DNA from: an uncultured Planctomycetaceae bacterium
GTDB taxonomy: Bacteria; Planctomycetota; Planctomycetia; Planctomycetales; Planctomycetaceae
DNA length: 64,000 bases
Reading direction: 5' to 3'
Assembly: GCA_963976765.1 (NCBI GenBank)
Contig: CAXBME010000019.1
Coordinates: 62,001 to 126,000 of the forward strand
Under the pieces are notes generated by a model that saw only the letters and a program-made list of their open reading frames with translations, did no database searches and was not told the origin of the DNA. Made by a program: the position numbers and the translations under genes. This document shows positions 10,371-20,525 of the stretch, one piece after another; position 1 is the stretch's first letter; each line of letters opens with the position of its first letter.

Positions 10371-10631
10371 CTACATGACGCTTCCTGATCCCCACGGTTC
10401 GCTGGCGGAATCATCGCCCCATTCAAGAGCCGATGCCTGTATTTCGCGGAGATCTTCCAATTGTTTCAGTACGGTACCGAGTGCTTCGGAAGCACCGTCC
10501 GAAAAGCTTTGCGCGCGTGAATTTTCAAAGAGGTCGTTGCCCCGTTCGATCTGTGCGGCATACGCGTCTGACTCAGTCTGAAATGTGGCGATCTGCACTC
10601 GAACTTCTTTGCACAACGTGGAGATATTCAT
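10371..10631 (-). CDS. Small hypothetical acidic helical protein
   Basis: 86 aa from ATG 10631, preceded by SD-like CAGGAGCAGGGG. Amphipathic pattern, no recognisable motif. Confidence 0.5.
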   Translation of the reverse strand: MNISTLCKEVRVQIATFQTESDAYAAQIERGNDLFENSRAQSFSDGASEALGTVLKQLEDLREIQASALEWGDDSASEPWGSGSVM

Positions 10632-11147
10632 CAGCCCCTGCTCCTGAGTTTGACGCCGCTTGCACCGGTCCAAATGCCAGCGACGTGTTTGGTTGCGAGA
10701 CCTGCGGAATTTTCCGGCGACGGTTTGAGTCGATTGCTGGCGACTTTTGGCCGTCTGCGGGAATCCGCTGACAACAGGGAGTATCGGCACAACGCGAGTG
10801 AATCACCTTAGTGAAATCCAGATATGTACACATGGCAGCTGCTTGCCGTGAGTCTCGGATGTGTGGTTTTGCGTCAGATGGGACAATAATGAGTCTGATT
10901 CAGCGTGATGTGGGCTTTAAATAACAGATTCGTCCGTGCAGTGAGTGGGATGTGTTTTGCTCAAGTTGAAAACGTTCGATTTCAGGCAGATCAACGTGAG
11001 GCTACGGACGAGTGTGGGAGCCAGTCGCGAATTGTTTGCTGAATCAGGTACAGTGACTTGTCTCAGTGCCGGAAGAATTTCCGATATTCGACTGAGGCGA
11101 ATCGCAACACTTAATGATGCCACAACTTCCGAAAGATCAACCTCAAG

Positions 11148-11384
11148 ATGAACGACAGCCTGGATCGCAACCTTGGTGAGCAGCCGATTACTTCTCTGAT
11201 GGAGGCTCTTAGCTTAAAGCCGCACGATATTGTCGCCGCGTCGACGGTCCAGATGACTCATAAAATGGTAGCGCGAGCGATGAAAGGGCGTCGACTCACC
11301 GCGAATGTGAAGTGCAAAGTTCGAGATGCTCTGAATCTGGCTGGCGGAACCTCGTACGGCATGGCGGATCTTTTCAACTACTGA
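11148..11384 (+). CDS. Small hypothetical protein, possibly HTH-like
   Basis: 78 aa, helix pattern LKPHDIVAAS..QMTHKMVARAMKGRRLT, ends DLFNY. Confidence 0.65.
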   Translation: MNDSLDRNLGEQPITSLMEALSLKPHDIVAASTVQMTHKMVARAMKGRRLTANVKCKVRDALNLAGGTSYGMADLFNY

Positions 11385-11515
11385 AGTCTCTCTTCTGCAT
11401 GATGGCCGCCCGGTTTCTGTGGCGAGTGATCAGTCGTCGCTGGTTTCTCAAATGGTCTGCATTGGCTAGACTCGAACGCTCTTTTGACGCCCCCCCTTTT
11501 ACGTGAGGCAGGACT

Positions 11516-12850
11516 GTGAAGCAGCAATTCGCAATTTGTCTTGGTGCTGCGCTGACGATGCTCGTTTCAGCGATTGGTAACTCACGAGCCGCTGACGAGT
11601 GGCCGCAGTTTCGAGGCCCGCAGGCCAACGGCCATGCCGAATCAGCAAAGCTTCCATTGACGTGGAGCGAAACAGAAAACGTCATGTGGAAGACGGCTGT
11701 TTCCGGGACGGGGCATTCGTCGCCGGTGATTTCGGGTGATCAGATCTGGGTGACAACAGCGGTCGACGCGAAGTTGTCTGAAGAGGAAGAGAAGGCCCGG
11801 CTTGCCGCGATCAGGAATTCGCGAGGTCTTGAGATTGCCGGGTCGATTTCTTTGCGAGCCGTCTGCGTGAGCCGCGAGACAGGCAAAGTTCTGCACGACC
11901 TTGAGCTGATCAGGGTCGACGAGCCGGAGCCGATTCATTCGTTGAACAGCTACGCGTCACCGACTCCGATTCTTGAGGACGGCCGGTTGTATTGCCACTT
12001 TGGGACTTACGGTACCGTGGCTCTCGACACAAACTCTGGCAAAGTCCTCTGGACGAATGCCGAACACCATGTTGATCACCAGAACGGGCCAGGAGCGTCG
12101 CCGGCTTTGTGGCGGAACAATCTCATTATTAACTTCGACGGGATCGATACTCAGTACGTCGCCGCGATCGACAAGAGAGACGGCAAAACGGTTTGGCAGA
12201 CGAAGCGTTCCGGCGAAATGAACGAGAAGCTGGAATTTCAGAAGGCTTACTGCACGTCGGCGATCATTGAAGGCGACCACGGCGCTCAGGCAATCTCGCC
12301 CGGAGCCGACTGGGTTTACTCGTACGACCCTGCCAGCGGTAAAGAGTTGTGGAAGGCGAGCTACGGAATGCTCGGCTTTTCAACGGTTCCGCTGCCCGTC
12401 TTTGGAAACGGGCTCGTCTTTGTGTCGACCAGCTTTATCAAACCGAGGCTGCTGGCTGTGCGGTACGACGGTTCCAAAGCCGATGACGGATCGTTCGTTG
12501 AATGGAAGCTGGACGGGCAGATGCCTCAGAAGCCATCCATGCTGCTGATTGGGAACGAGCTTTACTTCATCAACGATCGCGGTATCGGCATGTGTCTGGA
12601 CGCTCGGACGGGCAATGAACTCTGGAAGGAACGCATTGATGGCAACCATTCAGCGTCGCCTCTTTATGCCAACGGTCGGATCTACTTTTTCAGTCACGAA
12701 GGGAAGTCCGTCGTGATTGAATCCGGCAAGGAGTTCAAACAGTTGGCAGAGAACTCTTTGGACGGCGGGTTCATGGCCTCGCCAGCGGTTGCCGGCAACG
12801 CCTTGTTTCTCCGAACGGAAACGCATCTCTACCGCATCGAAGAGAAGTAG
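11516..12850 (+). CDS. Exported PQQ-binding-like (BamB-like) beta-propeller protein
   Basis: Signal peptide followed by WPQFRGP, GHSSPVI, repeated D..TGK.LW motifs, SPA..GNALFLRT..LYRI end. Confidence 0.92.
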   Translation: MKQQFAICLGAALTMLVSAIGNSRAADEWPQFRGPQANGHAESAKLPLTWSETENVMWKTAVSGTGHSSPVISGDQIWVTTAVDAKLSEEEEKARLAAIRNSRGLEIAGSISLRAVCVSRETGKVLHDLELIRVDEPEPIHSLNSYASPTPILEDGRLYCHFGTYGTVALDTNSGKVLWTNAEHHVDHQNGPGASPALWRNNLIINFDGIDTQYVAAIDKRDGKTVWQTKRSGEMNEKLEFQKAYCTSAIIEGDHGAQAISPGADWVYSYDPASGKELWKASYGMLGFSTVPLPVFGNGLVFVSTSFIKPRLLAVRYDGSKADDGSFVEWKLDGQMPQKPSMLLIGNELYFINDRGIGMCLDARTGNELWKERIDGNHSASPLYANGRIYFFSHEGKSVVIESGKEFKQLAENSLDGGFMASPAVAGNALFLRTETHLYRIEEK

Positions 12851-12924
12851 CACGAGCGGCGTCAGGGGCAAACATTCGAGCGGTAGTTTTTCGAATTTCA
12901 CAACACGCGAATCAGGAAGATCGC

Positions 12925-13197
12925 ATGGCATCGCGAGATTACTCGAAGCATCAGCAGGGCATTATCAAACGGTACTACGATAATCGTGAAAGTATCGACG
13001 GCGAGAAGCTCAGCGAACTGGTGACAAATCTGTACCTCTCTGAGGGCAAGAAAAAAGAGAAGATGTGGAAGACGGCTGAGGACATCATGACCCGGCTGAA
13101 GGTGCCGGCGGAACGAGTCCGACACGTCATTGCCTCTGCCGATCCCGCAATCCTTGCCGAGGTCGTCAAAGACCTCCAGTCCGGAGCGTTGCCGTAG
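12925..13197 (+). CDS. Hypothetical protein
   Basis: 90 aa with AGGAAG upstream; charged helical composition. Confidence 0.75.
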   Translation: MASRDYSKHQQGIIKRYYDNRESIDGEKLSELVTNLYLSEGKKKEKMWKTAEDIMTRLKVPAERVRHVIASADPAILAEVVKDLQSGALP

Positions 13198-13314
13198 GTC
13201 AGGCTTTACCTGACAAAGTCTGTTTCCAGCTAATTCCAGGTAAGCTGCCGCTTACTTCTTGAAACTTCGATGACGTACAACTTCTGAAACTCCGTCAGGC
13301 TGTGCCTGACTTAC
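13194..13314. repeat. Inverted pair of GTAG-type REP palindromes (REPIN-like)
   Basis: GTAG-GTCAGGC-TTT-ACCTGAC at 13194-13214 and inverted GTCAGGC-TGT-GCCTGAC-TTAC at 13294-13314. Confidence 0.75.
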
Positions 13315-13329
13315 GGAAGAATCCAACTA

Positions 13330-14436
13330 GTGACTCATCAAATTCGGTACATCATGGTTGGCGGCTTCCTGGGAGCTGGAAAGACGACCACACTGGCACG
13401 CCTGGCTCGGCACTACATGCAGCAGGGCAAACGGGTTGGAATTGTCACGAACGATCAGGCAGCGGATCTGGTTGATACGAATTCGTTGAGGTCTCAAGGT
13501 TTCGAAGTTGGCGAAGTGGCGGGCGCGTGTTTCTGCTGCAACTTTGACGAGCTGATGTCGACGATGGATGGTCTTAGCGAAGGCGAGCGTCCTGACGTTA
13601 TTCTCGCCGAGCCTGTCGGAAGCTGCACAGACCTTGTTGCAACGGTCATTCAGCCGATCAAACGTCTTTACAACGCCACGTTTAAGATCGCTCCGTACTC
13701 GGTCATTCTGAAACCGAGCCACGGCGGTCGCGTTTTGCGAAACGACAGCAAGGCCGGCTTCTCACCCAAGGCTGCTTACATTCTGAAAAAGCAGATCGAA
13801 GAAGCCGACGCAATTCTGATCAACCGAATTGACGAGTTGAGTCAGGATCAGGCCGATGAGCTGACGTTGCTGATCAACGAGCATTGTCCCGGCATTCCGG
13901 TGCTGCGAGTTTCAGCGAAGACCGGCGAAGGTTACGACGCCCTGATCGAGTTGCTCGATCAGGACGGAGACTTCGGTCGGCGAGTGCTCGACATTGATTA
14001 CGACACTTATGCCGACGGAGAAGCGGAACTCGGCTGGCTCAACAGCAGCGTGCATGTTGCGTCGAGTCAGAAGTTTTCGTTGGACGATTTACTTCTCGAC
14101 GTCGTCATCAAGTTACGGGCCGCGTTGGCTGAGTCAGGGGCGGAGACGGCTCATCTGAAGACGATTGGTTTGTGGGAAGGTTTTTTCGGAGTCGCCAACC
14201 TGGTCAGCAGCACGACTGAACCGGAACTTTCTTTGCCGTCGAATTGCGATGTCCAGGAAGTTGACGTGATCGTCAATGCACGAGTTGCCTGCGATCCTGA
14301 ACAGCTTGAAACGATTGTCCGAGATTGTGTCAGACGGGCAGGAGAGCAGTTTTCTGCGAGTGTCGAGTTTCGTCAGACTCAGAGTTTCCGACCGGGACGC
14401 CCTGTCCCGACGCACCGGTTTTCGGAATCCGAGTAG
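13330..14436 (+). CDS. CobW/HypB/UreG (G3E) family metallochaperone GTPase
   Basis: [11 protein letters not shown]alker A, GACFCC metal motif, AEPVGSC, INRID, SAKTGEG. Confidence 0.88.
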   Translation: MTHQIRYIMVGGFLGAGKTTTLARLARHYMQQGKRVGIVTNDQAADLVDTNSLRSQGFEVGEVAGACFCCNFDELMSTMDGLSEGERPDVILAEPVGSCTDLVATVIQPIKRLYNATFKIAPYSVILKPSHGGRVLRNDSKAGFSPKAAYILKKQIEEADAILINRIDELSQDQADELTLLINEHCPGIPVLRVSAKTGEGYDALIELLDQDGDFGRRVLDIDYDTYADGEAELGWLNSSVHVASSQKFSLDDLLLDVVIKLRAALAESGAETAHLKTIGLWEGFFGVANLVSSTTEPELSLPSNCDVQEVDVIVNARVACDPEQLETIVRDCVRRAGEQFSASVEFRQTQSFRPGRPVPTHRFSESE

Positions 14437-14516
14437 CGCCCGCCGATTTTGCGTTGAATGAAGAACTTTCGCCGAATTGTTTTCAGTGATATCCCGACTT
14501 TTGATTTATCGACAGA

Positions 14517-16466
14517 GTGATCATGACTACTCAGGTTCAATTCGGGCTGCCTGTTTCCGGGTTACTGGAAAATTCCAGCGAAGACTTTCTTGACTCGGTC
14601 GTGTGGCGTGAGTCCGAGATGGTTGCGTGCGGAAACAAAGATTCGAATTTCAATTTGCGAACAATTGGGATGTGCTGGAAGCGGCAGTGCCTCGATCGCT
14701 GTCCGGCAAAACTGCAAACAGGACAGCCTCGATTCACGACGCTGGATGGCGCTGTCGAATCTGCCGAAGCTGGATCGATTTTCGCCGTGCTCGGTCGTGC
14801 CCGACGTGAAACCGTTCCCTCGAAACGTCCTCCAAAAGGGAATCTCAGGAAGCAGGCGAAATCGAATTCGCACCTGAGTCGCGAAGCGGTCGAACTGCTT
14901 CGCCTCTGGCTGACCAGCTCCACCGTCGAAGCTGAAGAATCTCCGTCTGCGTTGCTGGCCGCTTGCGAGCTGCTGGCTTTGTACGGAAGTCAGTTTCCGG
15001 CTGAGGTTATTGGTGGGCTGTGGCGGGCAACTCTGGCGGCTGCGCTGGCTCAATCAGAAAGTTGCCTCGAAGCGGCTGCGACCGAGGACTGGCAGGATCA
15101 GCTTGATCAATCAGACAAGGCCGGAGCCACCTGGCTGAAGGCTGGTTTGTTGCCGCTCGTTTGCGGATTGTTGTTCGACGATGTGAAAGGCGCGCCACGA
15201 TTGTCACGGGCAGGCCGAGTCTCGTTGAACGACCAGTTGCTGCATGTGACGGACGGTGACGGCGTTCCCGTTTGTGAAGTCCTCGATGCCTTGCCGGAGT
15301 TTCTGGCGTTGTGGTCGGACGGCCTGTTGATGAGCCAGGTGTTCGGCGAGACGCTCTGGAAAAAGTCGGCATCCAGAAGGTTCGAGAAAATGCTGAGCCG
15401 ATTAGCAGCGACTGTTCGAGCCAGTGAAACTCTGACTGGATGCGCAAACGGCGAAGCTTCTCTTGTTGCGTTGAAACGTGCCGTTGAGCTTGCCGGATTG
15501 CCGTCGCCTGGCTTGATGTCGGCGCTCGGAACAGCCTCAACCGGCAACAGCTCGGCAACGAAGGCGACGACGAAGAAATCAAAACGAAACACTGGGAAAA
15601 AGAGAGCCGCAAAGACCGCGATCCCCTCCTGGCAATCTGACGACACCGAAACTGCGTGCCTGCGAACTTCGTGGGCGGTAGATGCGAGTCTGGCAACCGT
15701 TCGGTCGACCGACGAACCGGTTCAGTTGGAACTGGCGGTGGACGGTGTTCCGCTTCTGTCGGGAGCGTGGCGGCTGGAGATTGCTGAAGGCGGTGAGTTC
15801 TTCGAACTCGAGGCCGAGTGGGAATGCATTTGCTGGAACTCCGATTCCGACGGGGACTACTTTGAGCTTCAACTGGAGTTCGAAGGCGGACCGATGATCA
15901 ACCGGTATCTTTACCTGTCGCGTTCTGACAGGTTTGCGATCATTGCCGACGTGGTTTCCGGAGCGAAGCCGGGACGAGTGGATCTGGCGACAATGCTGCC
16001 GCTGGCTGATGGCGTCACGCTTGAAGCAGGGCAGGGCGGTCGCGAGCAGTTGCTGAAAGCTGGAGACAGGAACGTTCGCGTTTACCCGCTGGGACTCCCG
16101 CAGGATCCCGGAATGGGGACAGTCGGGAAGATCGGACTCGATGAAGACGAGGCTGCGTGCCTGACATCTTCTCACGCGACCGAATCGGGAACGATGTTCG
16201 CTCCGATCGTGCTCGATTGGGCACCCGAACGTCAGAGTTTGCCGGCAGAATGGCGAAAGCTGACGGTGACTCGCGCCGGCGAAATTGATCATTCCGGCGG
16301 GGCCGCTTTCCGTTTGCAGGTTGGCAAGCTGCACCTGGTGCTGTATCGATCGCTCGGCGGAACGGAGCGTTACCGAACGTTCCTGGGTTACCAGGCCGAG
16401 AGCGAAACTGTGATCGGCAAATTCACGAAATCCGGAGTGATTCAGGAGCTGCTGATCGTGGAGTAA
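14517..16466 (+). CDS. Hypothetical protein (helical N-half, Lys-rich linker, beta-rich C-half)
   Basis: 649-aa uninterrupted ORF between co-oriented genes; no diagnostic motif recognised. Confidence 0.7.
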   Translation: MIMTTQVQFGLPVSGLLENSSEDFLDSVVWRESEMVACGNKDSNFNLRTIGMCWKRQCLDRCPAKLQTGQPRFTTLDGAVESAEAGSIFAVLGRARRETVPSKRPPKGNLRKQAKSNSHLSREAVELLRLWLTSSTVEAEESPSALLAACELLALYGSQFPAEVIGGLWRATLAAALAQSESCLEAAATEDWQDQLDQSDKAGATWLKAGLLPLVCGLLFDDVKGAPRLSRAGRVSLNDQLLHVTDGDGVPVCEVLDALPEFLALWSDGLLMSQVFGETLWKKSASRRFEKMLSRLAATVRASETLTGCANGEASLVALKRAVELAGLPSPGLMSALGTASTGNSSATKATTKKSKRNTGKKRAAKTAIPSWQSDDTETACLRTSWAVDASLATVRSTDEPVQLELAVDGVPLLSGAWRLEIAEGGEFFELEAEWECICWNSDSDGDYFELQLEFEGGPMINRYLYLSRSDRFAIIADVVSGAKPGRVDLATMLPLADGVTLEAGQGGREQLLKAGDRNVRVYPLGLPQDPGMGTVGKIGLDEDEAACLTSSHATESGTMFAPIVLDWAPERQSLPAEWRKLTVTRAGEIDHSGGAAFRLQVGKLHLVLYRSLGGTERYRTFLGYQAESETVIGKFTKSGVIQELLIVE

Positions 16467-16547
16467 CGACTCGTCACTTAACCATCGCCAGACAGGCGTG
16501 CGGGGGCGTTCGATCTGGAACCTGCATTCCGTGGCTGCAAAGGATGC

Positions 16548-18956
16548 ATGCTGATGACTCACAGACTGAGGACCACTGCCCGCCTGACGTGTTTCGTAGT
16601 GTTGGCGGCTTTGCGGGTTCCGTCGGCAAGCTCGGCGGCTGACAAGACGATGCCGAACACCCAGCCGCTAACGATCACTCAGCCGCTCGACGAGTTCATG
16701 GTCGACGGCATCAACCGCTACTGCCTGAGAGAACTCGCCGCTTCACCGGCTCGTCGCGAAACGATGTGGAATCGCGATTACAGCAGCACCGAAGCCTACG
16801 AAAAAAGCATCGCCCCCAACCGAGAACGCTTCCGGGAAATCATTGGGGCTGTCGATACGCGAGTGACAGAGTCCGCGCCTGAAAATTTCAGCTTTGAGTT
16901 GCTCGCTACGTTAGATCAGTCAGCGGTGATCGCTCGATCAAATGATGTGACCGTTCATCGAGTCCGGTGGCAGGTTCTTGAAGGTGTCACTGCCGAAGGA
17001 CTGCTGCTGGAACCCGAAGGCGTCAACGCCGCCGTCGTGGCTCTGCCCGATGCCGACTGGACTCCCGAAGCGTTTTGCGGGATCGGTGGCGACGTGCCAG
17101 CGTCCGCTCAACTTCCGTGGCGGCTGGCAAACGAGGGCTGCCTGGTCGTCGTCCCGATGCTGATCAGCCGGAGCAGCGAGTTTTCCGGGAGTCCGTACGT
17201 CGCTTACACGAACCAGACGCATCGAGAATTTATCTACCGACAGGCGTTTGAAATGGGGCGGCATGTCATCGGGTATGAGGTTCAAAAAACGCTGGCGGCG
17301 ATTGACCTTCTCGGCCAGTGGATGAAGAGTCGGGAAATTGAAATTCCGATTGGTGTGGCCGGCGTTGGTGAGGGAGGGCTGCTTGCTCTTTATTCCTCCG
17401 CGATCGATCGTCGAGTCGATGCGACGATGGTCTGTGGCTATTTCGGAACGAGAGAAGCTGTCTGGGAAGAGCCGATTTATCGAAATGTCTGGGGACTTTT
17501 GACGGAGTTCGGTGACGCCGAGCTGGCTGGCCTGGTTGCGCCGAGGTCTCTGGTGATCGAGGCTTGCGGGATTTCCGAAAGCGCCGGCCCACCCGCTCCT
17601 GCTTCTGGACGACGAGCCGGCGCGGCTCCCGGAAAAGTCGAAACTGTGACGCTCGGTTCGGTCCGAACTGAGTACGACCGAGCGAATTCGATTTATGGTC
17701 AACTAAAGGCAGAGGTGAAGTGTCAACTCCACGCAAGTGGCGAAGGAGACGGCCCGGCCGGGACGCACGCCGCAATCCAGGCGTTTGCTGTAGAACTCGG
17801 AATCATCGCCGACTTTAAGAATCTCGAACACTCGCTCGTGGCCACCGGAGGCTCGCAAACGGACTCAGGAATTGCAGACGATCGTCAGCGGCGACAGCTC
17901 GACGAGTTGCAGTGGCATGTTCAGGATCTGATGCGGCTTAGTCCGAAGGTTCGTGACAAGGCATGGGCGAAGGGGGATCGGGCTTCGGTGGAGAAGTGGG
18001 AAGAGACTTCGGCTTCGCTTCGCGATTGGGTTTACGACGACCTGATCGGGCGGTTGCCTGATCCCACGATGCCGATGAATCCGAAAAGCCGACTGGTTCT
18101 CGATGAACCCGAGTATCTTGGCTACGAAATCACGCTCGACTGTTATCGCGACGTCGTCGCGGGTGGGATTCTGCTGCTGCCGAAAGATCTGAAACCAGGC
18201 GAGAAGCGGCCAGTGGTGGTGTGTCAGCACGGCCTCGAAGGAACGCCGATGGACACGATCACCGAGGATCAGTCGGTTCGGTCCTGGAACTACTACAAGG
18301 GTTTTGCGTCCGTGCTGTGTAAGCGAGGCTTTATCACCTACGCACCGCAGAATCCTTACCGAGGTCAGGATCGTTTTCGGACGATTCAAAGAAAGTCGAA
18401 TCCGCTCAAGCGGTCGCTCTTCAGTTACATCATTCCTCAGCACCAGCGGACACTCGATTGGCTCGCCACGCTGCCAAACGTCGACTCAGAACGAATCGCG
18501 TTTTACGGATTGTCGTACGGTGGCAAGACGGCGGTTCGAGTTCCGCCGATGCTGACGCAAAGTGACGGTCGAATTGGGTATTGCCTGTCGATCTGCTCGG
18601 CGGATTTCAACGAGTGGGTCAAGAAAAATGTCAGCAACGAAGATCGTTACAGTTACCTCTTTACGGGCGAGTACGAAATCTTCGAATGGAACATGGGGCA
18701 CGTTGCGAACTACGCCGAGCTGTCATCGCTGATGGCACCTCGACCGTTCATGGTGGAACGCGGCCATGACGACGGCGTCGCGCCGGATGAGTGGGTTGCC
18801 TGGGAGTTCGCCAAAGTTCGTCGACACTACGACAAGCTGGGCATCGGAGAGAAAACCGAAATCGAATTCTTCAACGGGCCGCACTCGATCAACGGACAGG
18901 GCACTTACCAGTTCCTGCATCGGCATCTCAATTGGCCGTCTCCGGAAACCAACTAA
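16548..18956 (+). CDS. Exported tandem alpha/beta-hydrolase (dienelactone hydrolase/acetyl xylan esterase-like)
   Basis: Signal peptide. C-terminal domain has VCQHG, GLSYGG nucleophile elbow, GHDD and GPH. N-terminal repeat carries GVGEGG. Confidence 0.8.
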   Translation: MLMTHRLRTTARLTCFVVLAALRVPSASSAADKTMPNTQPLTITQPLDEFMVDGINRYCLRELAASPARRETMWNRDYSSTEAYEKSIAPNRERFREIIGAVDTRVTESAPENFSFELLATLDQSAVIARSNDVTVHRVRWQVLEGVTAEGLLLEPEGVNAAVVALPDADWTPEAFCGIGGDVPASAQLPWRLANEGCLVVVPMLISRSSEFSGSPYVAYTNQTHREFIYRQAFEMGRHVIGYEVQKTLAAIDLLGQWMKSREIEIPIGVAGVGEGGLLALYSSAIDRRVDATMVCGYFGTREAVWEEPIYRNVWGLLTEFGDAELAGLVAPRSLVIEACGISESAGPPAPASGRRAGAAPGKVETVTLGSVRTEYDRANSIYGQLKAEVKCQLHASGEGDGPAGTHAAIQAFAVELGIIADFKNLEHSLVATGGSQTDSGIADDRQRRQLDELQWHVQDLMRLSPKVRDKAWAKGDRASVEKWEETSASLRDWVYDDLIGRLPDPTMPMNPKSRLVLDEPEYLGYEITLDCYRDVVAGGILLLPKDLKPGEKRPVVVCQHGLEGTPMDTITEDQSVRSWNYYKGFASVLCKRGFITYAPQNPYRGQDRFRTIQRKSNPLKRSLFSYIIPQHQRTLDWLATLPNVDSERIAFYGLSYGGKTAVRVPPMLTQSDGRIGYCLSICSADFNEWVKKNVSNEDRYSYLFTGEYEIFEWNMGHVANYAELSSLMAPRPFMVERGHDDGVAPDEWVAWEFAKVRRHYDKLGIGEKTEIEFFNGPHSINGQGTYQFLHRHLNWPSPETN

Positions 18957-19036
18957 ACGAAAAAAAGAACAGTACACAGAGTCCTCAGCGCACTCTGCGT
19001 TCAAAAATTTATCCAGAAGGACATCAGGGAGTTGTG

Positions 19037-20434
19037 ATGCTTTTTCGTTTACTGCTTTCACTGATTGCTGTTTTCAGTTTGTCGAATTTCGCCTTCGCCG
19101 CCAAAGCTGAGTCTCCAAACATCGTCGTCATTTTCTGTGACGATCTGGGCTATGGCGACTTGAGTTGCTTCGGGCACCCGACGATCAAAACTCCGAACCT
19201 GGATCGGATGGCGGCTGAAGGGGTGCGGCTGACTCAGTTTTATTCGGCGTCGCCAGTGTGCACTCCCAGTCGAGCGGCGCTGATGACCGGCCGGCTTCCG
19301 ATTCGCAGCGGAATGTGCAGCGACAAGCGGCGAGTTCTGTTTCCGGATTCCGGCGGAGGAATTCCAGCCAGCGAAGTGACTCTTGCTGAGGGACTGAAAA
19401 AGCAGGGGTACGCAACGGCCTGTGTCGGGAAGTGGCATCTTGGGCACCTGCCGCAATTCCTGCCGACAAACAACGGATTCGATTCTTACTTTGGCATCCC
19501 CTACTCAAACGACATGGATCGTGTGAATGATGCACCGCGCGGACGCCAGTCGTTCTGGAATCCGAAAGTTGAGTACTGGAATGTGCCATTGATGCGGAAT
19601 CTCGAAATCGCCGAGCGACCTGCCGACCAGACAACGATTACGTGTCGATATGCCGAGGAAGCCGTTTCGTTTATCAGGAAGAACAAGGACGAAAAGTTCT
19701 TTCTGTACCTGCCGCACAGTCTTCCGCACGTTCCGCTGTTTCGGTCAAAAGAGTTTGAAGGAAAGAGTTTACGAGGTCTTTATGGCGACGTGATCGAAGA
19801 AATCGACTGGAGCGTCGGGCAGGTGTTGCAGGCTCTGCGCGACTTAAAGCTCGACGGTAAAACGATCGTCTGGTTCACCAGTGACAACGGCCCGTGGCTG
19901 ACCTTTAACGATCACGGTGGCTCGGCGGGGCTATTGCGGGAAGGCAAGGGAACGACCTGGGATGGGGGCATGCGTGAGCCGAGCATTTGCTGGTGGCCGG
20001 GTACCATTCCCGCCGGACAGGTGAGCGCAGAACTCGGTACAACGATGGATATTTATTCAACAAGTCTGGCTCTGGCCGGAGCCGAACTGGAGAAAGATCG
20101 AATTGTCGACGGTTACGACCTGACAGAGTCGCTCAAGGGCAGGTCGAAAAGCCCTCGCGACGTGGTTTACTACTATCGCGGCACCAGATTGATGGCTCTG
20201 CGAAAAGGACCGTGGAAGGCTCACTTTGCGACTCAGGAATCGTACACAGGCAACAACAGGCTGAACGAACACGATCCGCCAGTTCTCTACAATCTGGAAG
20301 TCGACCCGTCAGAAAAATGGGACGTCGCCGAGCAACATCCGCATGTTCTTGCCGAGATCAAAGCAGCCGCAGATGCTCATCGGAAAACGGTCGTTGCCGT
20401 TCCCTCTCAGTTGGAAATTCCGCTGCCCAGGTGA
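19037..20434 (+). CDS. Arylsulfatase (formylglycine-dependent)
   Basis: PNIVVIFCDDLGYGD, CTPSRAALMTG, GKWHLG, SDNG, EGKGT..DGGMREP, LYNL..DPSE; signal peptide. Confidence 0.96.
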   Translation: MLFRLLLSLIAVFSLSNFAFAAKAESPNIVVIFCDDLGYGDLSCFGHPTIKTPNLDRMAAEGVRLTQFYSASPVCTPSRAALMTGRLPIRSGMCSDKRRVLFPDSGGGIPASEVTLAEGLKKQGYATACVGKWHLGHLPQFLPTNNGFDSYFGIPYSNDMDRVNDAPRGRQSFWNPKVEYWNVPLMRNLEIAERPADQTTITCRYAEEAVSFIRKNKDEKFFLYLPHSLPHVPLFRSKEFEGKSLRGLYGDVIEEIDWSVGQVLQALRDLKLDGKTIVWFTSDNGPWLTFNDHGGSAGLLREGKGTTWDGGMREPSICWWPGTIPAGQVSAELGTTMDIYSTSLALAGAELEKDRIVDGYDLTESLKGRSKSPRDVVYYYRGTRLMALRKGPWKAHFATQESYTGNNRLNEHDPPVLYNLEVDPSEKWDVAEQHPHVLAEIKAAADAHRKTVVAVPSQLEIPLPR

Positions 20435-20525
20435 CGTCGCGGGAGAGAACCGTTGCCGGTTTCATGGTCACAGTCGTGCCGATAGACTGGCCTGTCGCCT
20501 TTTTCTTTTGCCCTGTTGAGCAGGC

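Noticed and set aside
10832..10846. Possible sigma54 promoter TGGCAGCTGCTTGC
   Set aside because: GG-to-GC spacing is 9 nt, not the required 10.
13194..13314. Palindromic repeats as a CRISPR array or IS ends
   Set aside because: Only an inverted doublet, with no repeat-spacer periodicity, cas gene or transposase; fits REP.
15579..16562. 327-aa minus-strand ORF (similar shadows at 5697-6632 and 45117-46019)
   Set aside because: Antisense to longer, better-supported genes; typical of GC-rich codon bias.
18975..19000. Small hairpin CAGAGT-N9-ACTCTG between hydrolase and sulfatase
   Set aside because: Short stem and single copy here; cannot be supported as a terminator or repeat.
18791..19036. 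Long N-terminal extension of the sulfatase ORF
   Set aside because: Overlaps the upstream hydrolase; the signal peptide begins at ATG 19037.
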